64,000 bases of DNA from an uncultured Alphaproteobacteria bacterium (GTDB lineage: Bacteria; Pseudomonadota; Alphaproteobacteria; HIMB59), in the NCBI GenBank assembly GCA_902555695.1, contig CACDTV010000001.1:83559-147558 (forward strand), read 5' to 3'. Shown piece by piece: positions 1-10,317 of the stretch. The position numbers were made by a program, and so were the translations under genes. The notes below the pieces were generated by a model that saw only the letters and a list, made by a program, of their open reading frames with translations, ran no database searches and was not told where the DNA came from. Each line of letters begins with the position of its first letter. Position 1 is the first letter of the stretch.

Positions 1-132
1 GCTTTAAGTGTGGCAATCTCTCAAAATAAAAACTACAAAGAAGCTATTGAGTTTGCTAATCTTGTGGCAGGTGTTTCTGTTACAAGGGAGGGAGCAGCAA
101 ATTCAATGCCATACAAAGAGGAATTATTTTAA
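1..132 (+). CDS. rbsK: PfkB-family sugar kinase (ribokinase-like), 3' fragment
   Basis: Frame 1 reads ALSVAISQNKNYKEAIEFANLVAGVSVTREGAANSMPYKEELF*, matching the ribokinase C-terminal pattern FAN.aa..sVtr.GA..S.P. Truncated by the window start. Confidence 0.7.
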   Translation, partial: ALSVAISQNKNYKEAIEFANLVAGVSVTREGAANSMPYKEELF

Positions 133-134
133 AA

Positions 135-1160
135 ATGCCATATATTTCAGACAAAAATCGCTATCAAAAAATGCATTATAGAAACTGTGGTGATAGTGGT
201 TTAAAACTACCTGTCTTGTCAATAGGGTTATGGCATAACTTTGGTGGCAATGGAATGGCTTCAGAGTCTAAAAAAATTCTTTTTGAGTCTTTTGATGCAG
301 GAATTACTCATTTTGATTTAGCAAATAATTATGGACCACCTTATGGCAGTGCTGAGTCTAATTTTGGAAAAGTCATGAAAAGTGATCTTGGAAAATACCG
401 TGATGAGTTAATTATATCGTCAAAAGCAGGTTACGATATGTGGGATGGACCCTATGGTGAATGGGGTTCAAAAAAACATGTAATTGCTAGTTGCGATCAA
501 AGTTTAAAGAGGATGAAACTGGATTATGTAGATATATTTTATTCTCATCGTTTTGATCCAAATACACCTCTTGAGGAAACAGCTGATGCTTTAGAAAGTA
601 TCTATAAAGCTGGTAAGGCCCTGTATATTGGTGTCTCTTCTTACTCCTCCAATAAGACAAATAAAATGATTTCAATTTTAAAGAGCAAAGGAATCAAATT
701 ATTAATTCATCAACCTTCTTATTCATTAATTAATCGATGGATTGAAAAAGATTTAACAAAAACTCTCATAAAAAAAGGGGTTGGTTGTATCGCCTTTTCT
801 CCTCTCGCCCAAGGTTTTTTATCTAATAAATATTTGAGAGGAATTCCCAAAGTTTCAAGGGTTAATGAAAATAGCTCATTCAACAAAGATTTAATAACGA
901 AAAAAAATACTAAAATTATTAATGAACTCAATAAAATTGCAAAAAGAAGAAATCAATCTCTATCCCAAATGGCTATAGCATGGGTATTAAATAATCCTGC
1001 AATAACTTCTGCTTTAATTGGAGCTAGAACCGTAAAACAGCTTAAAGAAAACTTAGCTACACTTGATAATTTAAAATTTTCAAAAAAAGAAATCAAAGAA
1101 GTTAACAGAGCTGCAAAAGAAGGAGATATAAATATTTGGGCTCCATCTAGTGCTCATTAA
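135..1160 (+). CDS. mgrA: Aldo/keto reductase, L-glyceraldehyde 3-phosphate reductase (YghZ/Gpr/MgrA type)
   Basis: SGLKLPVLSIGLWHNFG, THFDLANNYGPPYGSAE, SSKAGYDMW, DIFYSHRFD motifs. Confidence 0.88.
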   Translation: MPYISDKNRYQKMHYRNCGDSGLKLPVLSIGLWHNFGGNGMASESKKILFESFDAGITHFDLANNYGPPYGSAESNFGKVMKSDLGKYRDELIISSKAGYDMWDGPYGEWGSKKHVIASCDQSLKRMKLDYVDIFYSHRFDPNTPLEETADALESIYKAGKALYIGVSSYSSNKTNKMISILKSKGIKLLIHQPSYSLINRWIEKDLTKTLIKKGVGCIAFSPLAQGFLSNKYLRGIPKVSRVNENSSFNKDLITKKNTKIINELNKIAKRRNQSLSQMAIAWVLNNPAITSALIGARTVKQLKENLATLDNLKFSKKEIKEVNRAAKEGDINIWAPSSAH

Positions 1161-2197
1161 CTAGTTGATTTTTTATCCAACTTATTAGATGTAATTTTAA
1201 TCCACTTATTTTTCTTTATAGACGCAAATATTGCATCTAATACCTTCATATTTTTTTTTGCATCTTTTAAGTCATAATCTGCTTTAGTCTTATTCAATAG
1301 TTCATTAGAAAATTTTGTAACTTGATGCTCATATTGATCAGCTGCTGGGAAGACTTTTATTGTATTTTCTTTACGATAAATAGATTTTCCATTGTAAATA
1401 ACTACTGTTGTGGGCTTAGTTGCAATTGCATTAAAAGGATTTTCTACTATCAAAGTTTTTTTTGTACCTAAAATTGTTACTTGTTGAGAAAATGTACTTT
1501 GAGTTGCAACAATAAAAGATGAGTATATTTCTCCAAAATCTAAAACTACAGATGAAAGAATGTCTGTTTTAAATTTTTTATCATTTTTTGCTAACCCAAC
1601 AACTCTCTTTGGTTCTTTATCTAACAAAAATCTTGATATTACAGTGGGGTAACATCCAATATCATAAATAGCTCCTCCTCCAAATTTTTTAATGTTTCTT
1701 ATATTTTGAGGATTTTTATTATTGTATGAAAATACTGTTGAAATGCTTGATATTGATCCTAATTTTCCTGACTTTATATATTTTTTCACCCATTGCCATT
1801 GAGGATGATGTCTAACCATAAAAGCCTCTTTGATGACAACTTTATTCTCAGAAGCGTATTTCATTAAAGGGTCAATGTCTGTCGCTTTTAGTGATATAGG
1901 CTTTTCCAATAAGATATTTTTTTTGTTTTTGCATGCTTCGATGCTTGATTTGATATGTAAATGATTGGGTAAAGGGTTATATATAACATCAATTTCTTGA
2001 TCTTTGTAAAGCTCTTTATAGGAGCCATAGCTTTTGTCGATTCTAAATTTTTGTGCTAATTTTTTAGCCCGTAATGTATTTCGACTTGCAATAGCAACTA
2101 ATTTGCTATTTTTAGATTTTAGAATAGCGGGTATTACATGCTCCCAACCGATTTTTGCCGAACTTAGAATTCCCCAATTTATAATCTTCTTTTTCAT
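1157..2197 (-). CDS. Gfo/Idh/MocA family oxidoreductase
   Basis: WGILSSAKIG, YNPLPNHLH, LEKP, GGGAIYDIGCY motifs. Confidence 0.9.
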   Translation of the reverse strand: MKKKIINWGILSSAKIGWEHVIPAILKSKNSKLVAIASRNTLRAKKLAQKFRIDKSYGSYKELYKDQEIDVIYNPLPNHLHIKSSIEACKNKKNILLEKPISLKATDIDPLMKYASENKVVIKEAFMVRHHPQWQWVKKYIKSGKLGSISSISTVFSYNNKNPQNIRNIKKFGGGAIYDIGCYPTVISRFLLDKEPKRVVGLAKNDKKFKTDILSSVVLDFGEIYSSFIVATQSTFSQQVTILGTKKTLIVENPFNAIATKPTTVVIYNGKSIYRKENTIKVFPAADQYEHQVTKFSNELLNKTKADYDLKDAKKNMKVLDAIFASIKKNKWIKITSNKLDKKSTS

Positions 2198-2296
2198 AGA
2201 AAAAAACTTACACCTGTTTCAGTGTTATTTCTAATTAAATTAAAGATTTTAATGAAATATCAAAAACATATAATGTTTTAAATATTTATCTAAATT

Positions 2297-3217
2297 ATGA
2301 ATTATAAAATAGGCATTGATTACGGTGGAACGAAAATTGAAGGTATTCTAATCAATGATAAAGGAGAAGAAATTCTTAGAAAAAGGTCAGGTTATGAAAA
2401 AAATTATGAAAGTGGTGTTAATACAATAAAAAATTTAGTTGAAGAATTTGATAAGAACACTAATTCTAAAAATTCAGTTGGGATCGGGATACCTGGGTCT
2501 TCCTCTAAAGAAAATGGTTTGATAAAAAATGCAAATAGTATTTGGTTAAATGGAAAACCATTCAAAAAAGACCTAGAAATGAGTCTAGATCGTGAAATCA
2601 AAATAATGAATGATGCAAATTGTTTTGCATTATCAGAGGCAATTGATGGATCTGGTGCAAATTATAATACTGTCTGGGGAGTGATAATTGGTTCTGGTTT
2701 TGGGGGGTCTTTTGTTCATAACAAAAAAGTAGTTGAGGGTGTAAATCAGGTTGCAGGAGATTGGGGTCATCAACCATTACCCTACCCTAGTAAAGAGGAG
2801 TGGGATTTAAATTTGAAATGTCCAGTTGATAATTGTGGCAGACCATTATGTGCAGAACAATTTATCTCTGGCATTGGATTTACTAATATTTTCAATAGAA
2901 AATATAAAACAAATTTCACAACTAAAGAAATAGTAGATTTAGAATTAAATGGAGACGAACGTGCAAAAAAAGAATTTGACTTATATGAGGATAGGTTTGC
3001 TAGGCTCATTGCTGTCATGATTGGTATAGTCGACCCTGATGTTATAATTTTAGGTGGGGGTATGTCTAATATTGAAAGACTTTATTCAAATATTCCAAAA
3101 CTACTTCCCAAATATACATTTAGTGATAAAGTAAGAAATAAGATCTTGCGAAATACTCATGGTGACTCAAGCGGAGTACGAGGAGCAGCATGGTTGTGGG
3201 ACTCAGATAAATTTTAA
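2297..3217 (+). CDS. mak: ROK family sugar kinase (fructokinase Mak-like)
   Basis: GIDYGGTKIE, NDANCFALSEA, GDWGH plus Cys zinc site, HGDSSGVRGAAWLW. Confidence 0.8.
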   Translation: MNYKIGIDYGGTKIEGILINDKGEEILRKRSGYEKNYESGVNTIKNLVEEFDKNTNSKNSVGIGIPGSSSKENGLIKNANSIWLNGKPFKKDLEMSLDREIKIMNDANCFALSEAIDGSGANYNTVWGVIIGSGFGGSFVHNKKVVEGVNQVAGDWGHQPLPYPSKEEWDLNLKCPVDNCGRPLCAEQFISGIGFTNIFNRKYKTNFTTKEIVDLELNGDERAKKEFDLYEDRFARLIAVMIGIVDPDVIILGGGMSNIERLYSNIPKLLPKYTFSDKVRNKILRNTHGDSSGVRGAAWLWDSDKF

Positions 3218-4300
3218 ATGAAAAAAATTGGAATTCTAACAAGTGGTGGGGACTGTGGTGGTTTAAATGCAGCAGTAAGATCGATATTTTTTAGAGCAAA
3301 AAATACATACCAGATGGAAGTTATGGGAATTCGTGATGGTACAGTTGGGTTAATGCAAAGACCTGTAGCTTATGTTCCATTAGATTATCAAACTTTTAGC
3401 GGCTCTCTTCTTAGACAAGGAGGGACATTTTTGGGAACAACGAGTAAGGGTAATCCTTTTAAATTTCCAATGCCTGATGGTGAATATAAAGATAGATCTC
3501 AAGACATTATTGATGGTTACAAAGAGTTAGAGCTTGATGGACTTATTGTTATAGGAGGTGATGGAAGTATGTCAATATTAACTGAAATTGCTAAGAGGGG
3601 TGATTTAAATATTGTGGCCATACCGAAAACAATTGACAATGATGTTGGGGCTACTGAAAGCTCAATTGGTTTTAATACTGCCGTAAATGTTGCTACTCAA
3701 GCACTTGATAACTTACAAACAACTGCTGCTAGTCATCAAAGAACAATGATTTTAGAAGTTATGGGAAGAGATGCTGGGCATATAGCCATTAATGCTGGTA
3801 TAGCTGGTGGAGCTGACGTAATCCTAATTCCTGAATTAAATTACTCCATAAAAGGAATAGTTAATAAACTAACAGAAATGAAAAATAGAGGAATTGTGCA
3901 CTCTCTAATTGTTGTAGCAGAGGCAGTAAAAACAGAAAATGGAAAAAGCTATACTATTGAGTACGCCGATGGTCAAAAAAGACTTGGTGGTATAGGAAAC
4001 TATTTATCAGAGGAAATAATGAAAAGCACTGACATAGAATGCAGGGTTACTTCTTTAGGGCATGTTCAAAGAGGTGCGCCCCCTACTCCACGTGATAGAA
4101 TTTTAGCAAGTGCGTTTGGTGTGTATGCTGTAGATTTAATTGCTAAAGGAAAATTTGGAAGAATGGTCGCCTGGAAAGATAGAAAAGTTGTCGATGTTCC
4201 AATTAGTGAAGGAATTTCAACATATAAAGTTGTGGATAGATCTGATCCTCTGATTGAAACTGCTTTAGCTCTTGGAGTTTATGTTGGTGATATAAAGTGA
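3218..4300 (+). CDS. pfkA: 6-phosphofructokinase, probably ATP-dependent
   Basis: TSGGDCGGLN, GGDGS (Gly typical of ATP-dependent forms), PKTIDND, EVMGR, LGHVQRG. Confidence 0.9.
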   Translation: MKKIGILTSGGDCGGLNAAVRSIFFRAKNTYQMEVMGIRDGTVGLMQRPVAYVPLDYQTFSGSLLRQGGTFLGTTSKGNPFKFPMPDGEYKDRSQDIIDGYKELELDGLIVIGGDGSMSILTEIAKRGDLNIVAIPKTIDNDVGATESSIGFNTAVNVATQALDNLQTTAASHQRTMILEVMGRDAGHIAINAGIAGGADVILIPELNYSIKGIVNKLTEMKNRGIVHSLIVVAEAVKTENGKSYTIEYADGQKRLGGIGNYLSEEIMKSTDIECRVTSLGHVQRGAPPTPRDRILASAFGVYAVDLIAKGKFGRMVAWKDRKVVDVPISEGISTYKVVDRSDPLIETALALGVYVGDIK

Positions 4301-5131
4301 ATGTTCACAGCAATAGAAAAAATTTCAAATCTTCAAGAATTTAAAAAAAATATTTTCAATGGAAAAATTTTTGTATTTAAAAAATCAAAAACATCCAATG
4401 AATTAGTCACACAAATAAAAAAAAAAGTACAAGTTATTTATGAAGGTGAATTAGAAAAAATACACTATTTAAAAAATTCTGAAGATATAAGTAAAGATAT
4501 TGTATCAAAATTAAAAAACCACGAAACTTTTAGAAAACTATTTACAAACTTTTTAAACGAAATTGGGTATAACAAAGGTGGGACCTTTTGGGATCGATTC
4601 GTAGTTAGAGTGGCACCAGCAGAAAATAACTTACCATACAGAGAGGCATCTAGAATAAATATTCATCGTGATACTTGGGGCACAAATTTGTATCAACAAA
4701 TTAATTGGTGGGCACCAGTCAGCAATGTTGAGGAAAAAAATACTATGATTTTTTATCCAGATTATTTTGATGTTCCAGTTAAAAACACTACTTCGACTTG
4801 GGACTTAAACATTTATTTAGCCAATAGAAAAAAAGGTGATTTTTCTTATCCCTCAGCACCACAGTTAAAAGAGGACTTGCCCAGCAATATTAATAAAATT
4901 CCAGTAACTATAAAACCAGGAGAAATTTTATGTTTTTCAGGTGCCCACTTACATAGCTCATCAAAAGAAAAGTCTGAAAATACGAGGATAAGCTTTGAAA
5001 TTAGAACTATTTGTGAAAACGACTTAAATAGTTCAGCACAAGCCCCAAATGTGGACTGCGATTTGAAATGGAAGTTCCCAAAAATATTTAAAAAAATTAA
5101 TGACAATTCGCCCCTGAAAATAACTAGCTGA
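4301..5131 (+). CDS. Hypothetical protein, Fe(II)/2-oxoglutarate dioxygenase-like (PhyH-like) fold
   Basis: HRDTW (HxD), INWWAP, PGEILCFSGAHLHSS, TRISFEIR fit a facial triad plus RxS motif. Confidence 0.55.
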   Translation: MFTAIEKISNLQEFKKNIFNGKIFVFKKSKTSNELVTQIKKKVQVIYEGELEKIHYLKNSEDISKDIVSKLKNHETFRKLFTNFLNEIGYNKGGTFWDRFVVRVAPAENNLPYREASRINIHRDTWGTNLYQQINWWAPVSNVEEKNTMIFYPDYFDVPVKNTTSTWDLNIYLANRKKGDFSYPSAPQLKEDLPSNINKIPVTIKPGEILCFSGAHLHSSSKEKSENTRISFEIRTICENDLNSSAQAPNVDCDLKWKFPKIFKKINDNSPLKITS

Positions 5132-5159
5132 TTATTTTATTTTTTGCTAATTTGCTGTT

Positions 5160-6410
5160 GTGAAGAAAAAATATTCAATATTTAGCCTTGCTAAAAATGC
5201 ACTATCTGGCCATAAAGAGTGGCCAAAAATGTGGAGAAGCCCGGAACCTAGAGAGTTTTATGATGTCATAATAATTGGTGGTGGGGGTCATGGACTAGGA
5301 ACTGCATATTACTTAGCAAAAGAACATGGATTAAAAAATATTGCTGTAATCGAAAAGGGTTGGCTTGGTGGAGGTAACACAGGAAGAAATACCACTATTA
5401 TAAGATCAAATTATTTATGGGATGATAGTGCTCATTTGTACGAACACTCATTGAAGTTATGGGAAAACCTATCAAGTGAACTCAATTACAATGTGATGTT
5501 TAGTCAAAGAGGGGTAATGAATTTAGCCCACAACGAACATGATATAAAAGAAATTAAAAGAAGAGTGAGCGCGAATAATTTAAATGGTATTGACTCATTT
5601 TGGTTATCTAAAGAAGAAATTCAAAAAAAGGTTCCTATCATGAACACTGACAATCTTCGATATCCAGTACTAGGTGCGTCTTACCAACCTCGTGGTGGTG
5701 TAGCAAGACACGATGCAATAGCATGGGGTTTTGCAATGCGTGCTGATGAGATGGGTGTTGATATAATTCAAAATTGTGAGGCACATCAAATTAGGACTAA
5801 AAATGGAACAATAGAAGGTGTCGAAACTTCCAAGGGTTTTTTAAGGGCGAATAAAATTGGAGTTGTTGCTTCAGGACATACTGGTGTTTTAGCAGAGAGT
5901 GCCGGTATCAGATTGCCTTTACAAAGTAAGCCACTTCAGGCTCTTGTTTCTGAACCAATCAAACCCATCATTGATACCGTGGTAATGTCATCTGCAGTTC
6001 ATGCTTATGTCAGTCAATCTGATAAAGGTGAATTAGTTATTGGAGCAGGAACCGATAGTTATAATTCTTTCACTCAAAGAGGTGGTTTTAATATTATTGA
6101 AGATACTATAAGAGCTATGGTCGAGCTTTATCCAGTATTTGGCAAAATGAAAATGCTTCGTCAATGGGGCGGTATTGTTGATATCTGCCCAGATGCTAGT
6201 CCTATTATTAGTAAATGTGACATTGATGGTTTATTTTTTAATTGTGGCTGGGGAACAGGTGGTTTTAAAGCTACTCCTGGAAGTGCAAATGTTTTTGCAC
6301 ATACCATTGCAAAAAATGAACCTCATCAAATTAATAGTGCTTTTAATCTTGATAGATTTGCAAGTGGAAGATTAGTCGACGAACACGGTGCTGCAGCCGT
6401 AGCACATTAA
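5160..6410 (+). CDS. soxB: Heterotetrameric sarcosine oxidase, beta subunit
   Basis: [62 protein letters not shown]. Confidence 0.95.
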   Translation: MKKKYSIFSLAKNALSGHKEWPKMWRSPEPREFYDVIIIGGGGHGLGTAYYLAKEHGLKNIAVIEKGWLGGGNTGRNTTIIRSNYLWDDSAHLYEHSLKLWENLSSELNYNVMFSQRGVMNLAHNEHDIKEIKRRVSANNLNGIDSFWLSKEEIQKKVPIMNTDNLRYPVLGASYQPRGGVARHDAIAWGFAMRADEMGVDIIQNCEAHQIRTKNGTIEGVETSKGFLRANKIGVVASGHTGVLAESAGIRLPLQSKPLQALVSEPIKPIIDTVVMSSAVHAYVSQSDKGELVIGAGTDSYNSFTQRGGFNIIEDTIRAMVELYPVFGKMKMLRQWGGIVDICPDASPIISKCDIDGLFFNCGWGTGGFKATPGSANVFAHTIAKNEPHQINSAFNLDRFASGRLVDEHGAAAVAH

Positions 6411-6415
6411 TAAAT

Positions 6416-6766
6416 ATGCTCATAATCAATTGCCCTTATTGCGGCCCACGAGATCAATCGGAATTTTCAAATGGAGGAGAAGCGCATGTAAAAAGACCCG
6501 ATGGATCAAAAGAAATTGGTGATCGTGAGTGGGGAGAATATGTCTTTATAAGAGCAAATCCAAAAGGTTTGTTTTATGAGCGCTGGGTTCACACACATGG
6601 TTGTCGAAAATGGTTTAATTGTGTTAGAGATACATCTACTGATGAAATTTTGGTGACCTACAGGCTCGATGAAAAAAAACCAAATTTAAATAATTTCAAA
6701 AGTGTTGTTAAAACGCCATCTGGGGAACCAGAAGTTGGTTCAGGTAATTTTACGGTTGAGAAATGA
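6416..6766 (+). CDS. soxD: Sarcosine oxidase delta subunit
   Basis: CPYCGPR..EF, ERWVHTHGCRKWFN zinc motif, operon position. Confidence 0.93.
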   Translation: MLIINCPYCGPRDQSEFSNGGEAHVKRPDGSKEIGDREWGEYVFIRANPKGLFYERWVHTHGCRKWFNCVRDTSTDEILVTYRLDEKKPNLNNFKSVVKTPSGEPEVGSGNFTVEK

Positions 6767-9741
6767 AATCTATAAATTTAAAAGAAAATCAATTTATTCA
6801 GTTTCATCAAAAAATTAGCTTCAAGTTTGATGGGGTCAAATATTTTGGCTACAAAGGTGATACTATAGCCTCAGCTCTATTAAGAAATAATATTAATCTT
6901 GTCGGAAGAAGTTTTAAGTACCATAGGCCAAGAGGAATTTATACATGTGGTATAGAAGAACCAAACGCTCTAGTCCAAATAATTAGTGAATATTCCGAAC
7001 CAAACACAAGAGCAACTATAAAAAAAATTTATGAAGGTATGGAAATTGAAAGTCAAAACAGATGGCCTTCTCTTGAAAACGATTTTGGAAGTATCAATAA
7101 CTTATTTTCTCCAATTTTTACTGCTGGCTTTTACTATAAAACATTCATGGGGCCGCATAAGAAATTTTGGAAAAATTTGTATGAACCCCTTATTAGAAGA
7201 GCCGCTGGATTGGGTAAACCTCCCAAAGATTTCAAAGGCATAAGCAATCATATCCATCACAACGTCGATGTTACAATTATTGGTGGAGGATTAAATGGAC
7301 TTCTCGCAGCTAAATCTTTCATCAACTCAAATTATGATGTGTTATTAATTGAATTTGAAGATCGACTTGGTGGCATTATTAATAATTCAAACAAAATTTC
7401 ATTGATAGATAATAAAGAGCCTAAAGATTGGTTAAAAGAAACTATACAAGAAATAGAAGAATCCAAGAATGTAAAGATTTTAAAGAACACACTTGTTACA
7501 ACTTATAATTACATAAATCATCTTATAGCCATTGAAGATAGATTTGTTGGCTCTAAACCGATAGAAGGAAAAGTTAATAGCACTTTACATAAGATACGTA
7601 CAGGTCACACAATATTATGTAATGGACACATTGAGAGATTTTTATCTTTTCAAAATAACGATCTCCCAGGCATAATGTTAAGCTCTTCCTTTGAAAAATA
7701 TATGTGCCGATATGGACTGTCACCTTCTAAAGAACCTGTTATTTTCAGTAATAATTCGAATTCAAACAGCTTAGTTTATAGTCTTATAAAAGCTGGTTTA
7801 AAACCAAAAGCATATATCGACTCACGATCCGGGGAAGAAATTGAGCCAAATTTGTTTGACTTGATAAGAAAAAATGATGTTCCTCTCTACACAAATTCAC
7901 AAATAAAAGGAGCATTTGGAAACAAAAAAATTGAAAAAATTCTTGTTGAGGATAGTTCTGGTGCTTTAAATGAAATTAAATGTGACTGCTTATGTTTGTC
8001 AGGTGGAATAAATCCAGATGTTCACTTGTTTACTCAATCAAAAGGTTTATTAGATTGGGATGAGAAAGATTTAACTTACAAACCATCAAAACCTTTTCAA
8101 CCTACCATAACTCTTGGTTCTGCTTCAGGACAATTTAATTTTGATAATTTAAATTCTGAAATAAATGAAAAATTGAAAACTTTTAAAGTCAAAAAATTAG
8201 ACGTAAAACTCGAATTAAATACAAACACTAAGTATAACATTGAAAAATTGTGGGAGGTCTCTCCACAAAAGAAATCATTATGGGCTAAATCATTTATTGA
8301 CTTACAAAATGATGTAACAACTAAAGATATCCGTCAAGCAATAACAGAGGGTTTTGATAGAATTGAACATTTAAAAAGATATACAACAAATAGTATGGGA
8401 ACCGATCAAGGTAAAATTAGTAGTATTAACGCACTGGGAATAGTTTCTGATCTTCTGGATAAAAAAGTAAATGAAGTTGGCACAACTATTTATCGACCAC
8501 CCTATGCTCCTTTAAGTTTTTCTGCAATAGCCGGCAGAAATTGCTATGAGTTTTATGACCCAGAGAGAAAATCACCAATACATAGTTGGCACATAAAAAA
8601 CGGTGCAATTTTTGAGGATGTCGGGCAATGGAAAAGGCCATGGTATTTTCAAATTAATAAAGATGAGTCGATGCATGATGCTGTTCAACGAGAGAGCAAA
8701 AATGTAAGAGAAAACGCAGGTATTTTAGATGGTAGCACACTTGGAAAAATTGAGATCAAAGGTGAAGATGCGTTGGAATTTATGAATTTAATTTACACAA
8801 ACAGTTTTACTAAGATGAAACAAGGTTCTGCAAGATATGCTCTTATGTTGGGGGAAGATGGAATGGTCAAAGATGACGGAATAATTTGTAAAATTTCTGA
8901 TCAGCATTTTATTGCCACTACAACTACTGGGGGTGCTGCTACTGTTTTAGGTTGCATGGAAGAATATGCTCAAACCGAGTGGCCAAATTTAAAAGTTTTT
9001 ATGAACTCGATTACAGAGCAATATGCAACTTTCAACATTAGTGGACCAAAAACCAGAGAAATTATGAAAAAAGCTTTTCCAAATATCAATTTTAGCAATG
9101 AGAAGTTCCCATTTATGACTTTCCAATTTCATGAATTTAATGGTATTCCAATACGAATTCTAAGAGCAAGCTTTACCGGGGAGTTAGGTTACGAAATATA
9201 TATTCCGTCAAATAGTGCCCCTAAAATTTGGGATAACATTCAAAGTCTTGGAAAAGAATTTGGTCTTGCTCCCTACGGCACAGAGACAATGCATCTTCTA
9301 AGAGCAGAAAAAGGTTACATTATTGTTGGTCAAGACACAGATGGTTCTATAACGCCTATAGATTTGGGACTTAGCTGGATGATTGGTAAATCAAAAAAAG
9401 ATTTTTTAGGTAAAAGATCACTTACTCGGTCTGATACTATAAGAGAAGATAGAAAACAACTTGTTGGTATAATACCCTCGAATAAAGCCGATAAACTAGA
9501 GGAAGGACAACATATCATTCTTGATAAAGAAATTAAATCTCCTGTCCCAATGCTTGGTCATATTACATCCTGTTATTATAGTTCTACATTAGGTCATGAT
9601 TTTGCATTAGCTGTTATCAAAAATGGCCACTCAATGATTGGAACAAAAGCTTACGCTTCTACATCTAGTATGAGTACAACTGGTGTAGATATAGTAAAAC
9701 CCGTTTTTTATGATGAAGATAATAAAAGGTTAGTTTCATGA
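6763..9741 (+). CDS. soxA: Sarcosine oxidase alpha subunit
   Basis: GRSFKYHRPRG, FYYKTFM, DLQNDVT, EHLKRYTT.MGTDQGK, C-terminal GcvT domain. Confidence 0.95.
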   Translation: MKSINLKENQFIQFHQKISFKFDGVKYFGYKGDTIASALLRNNINLVGRSFKYHRPRGIYTCGIEEPNALVQIISEYSEPNTRATIKKIYEGMEIESQNRWPSLENDFGSINNLFSPIFTAGFYYKTFMGPHKKFWKNLYEPLIRRAAGLGKPPKDFKGISNHIHHNVDVTIIGGGLNGLLAAKSFINSNYDVLLIEFEDRLGGIINNSNKISLIDNKEPKDWLKETIQEIEESKNVKILKNTLVTTYNYINHLIAIEDRFVGSKPIEGKVNSTLHKIRTGHTILCNGHIERFLSFQNNDLPGIMLSSSFEKYMCRYGLSPSKEPVIFSNNSNSNSLVYSLIKAGLKPKAYIDSRSGEEIEPNLFDLIRKNDVPLYTNSQIKGAFGNKKIEKILVEDSSGALNEIKCDCLCLSGGINPDVHLFTQSKGLLDWDEKDLTYKPSKPFQPTITLGSASGQFNFDNLNSEINEKLKTFKVKKLDVKLELNTNTKYNIEKLWEVSPQKKSLWAKSFIDLQNDVTTKDIRQAITEGFDRIEHLKRYTTNSMGTDQGKISSINALGIVSDLLDKKVNEVGTTIYRPPYAPLSFSAIAGRNCYEFYDPERKSPIHSWHIKNGAIFEDVGQWKRPWYFQINKDESMHDAVQRESKNVRENAGILDGSTLGKIEIKGEDALEFMNLIYTNSFTKMKQGSARYALMLGEDGMVKDDGIICKISDQHFIATTTTGGAATVLGCMEEYAQTEWPNLKVFMNSITEQYATFNISGPKTREIMKKAFPNINFSNEKFPFMTFQFHEFNGIPIRILRASFTGELGYEIYIPSNSAPKIWDNIQSLGKEFGLAPYGTETMHLLRAEKGYIIVGQDTDGSITPIDLGLSWMIGKSKKDFLGKRSLTRSDTIREDRKQLVGIIPSNKADKLEEGQHIILDKEIKSPVPMLGHITSCYYSSTLGHDFALAVIKNGHSMIGTKAYASTSSMSTTGVDIVKPVFYDEDNKRLVS

Positions 9742-10259
9742 CTGAAGTAATCCGATCTGATGGTATTGAAATAAAAAAAAAAGTTATTCAACAAATTCTG
9801 TTAAGAGGATCTGGTGACTCAAAATTTAATAATCACATAAACAAATCTTTAAAGCTTTTACCACCATCAGATAATTTAAGGATTATTTCAAATGATAATT
9901 ATACTTTAGCAAAAATGTCTTTTGATCAATGGAATTTAATATTTGAAAAAGAAATTGAAATTAAAAAGCTCAACAAAATATTAGATGATTTAAATAAATC
10001 ACCCTTAATATTAGCTACAAATATTTCGGACTCACAAGTATTTTTTGAAATTCAAGGTAAAAATAGTTTTGATATATTAAATAAATTAACGCATTTTGAC
10101 TTTAGAGAAAAATCCTTTAAAAAATCTACTGCCGCACAAACATTATTAGCTAGAGTAGATTGTTCTATTTTTAATCTTGATCTTAAATTGTTACTTAGTT
10201 GTAATCGATCATTTGCTGACTATCTTGAGGATCGTCTTATTGACGCGGTTAACTATTAG
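9738..10259 (+). CDS. soxG: Sarcosine oxidase gamma subunit
   Basis: Follows soxA; TNISD, AQTLLARVD, RSFADYL motifs. Confidence 0.85.
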   Translation: MTEVIRSDGIEIKKKVIQQILLRGSGDSKFNNHINKSLKLLPPSDNLRIISNDNYTLAKMSFDQWNLIFEKEIEIKKLNKILDDLNKSPLILATNISDSQVFFEIQGKNSFDILNKLTHFDFREKSFKKSTAAQTLLARVDCSIFNLDLKLLLSCNRSFADYLEDRLIDAVNY

Positions 10260-10272
10260 GTTTTTTTTCATA

Positions 10273-10302
10273 TTGACATCAAATTTTGGAACTGATTAGG
10301 TA
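10273..10302 (+). promoter_or_regulatory. Putative sigma70 promoter
   Basis: Perfect TTGACA at 10273-10278 with a weak -10 (TAGGTA) 18 nt later; AGAGGA ribosome-binding site before the ATG at 10318. Confidence 0.45.
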
Positions 10303-10317
10303 TTTTTAGAGGAATAA

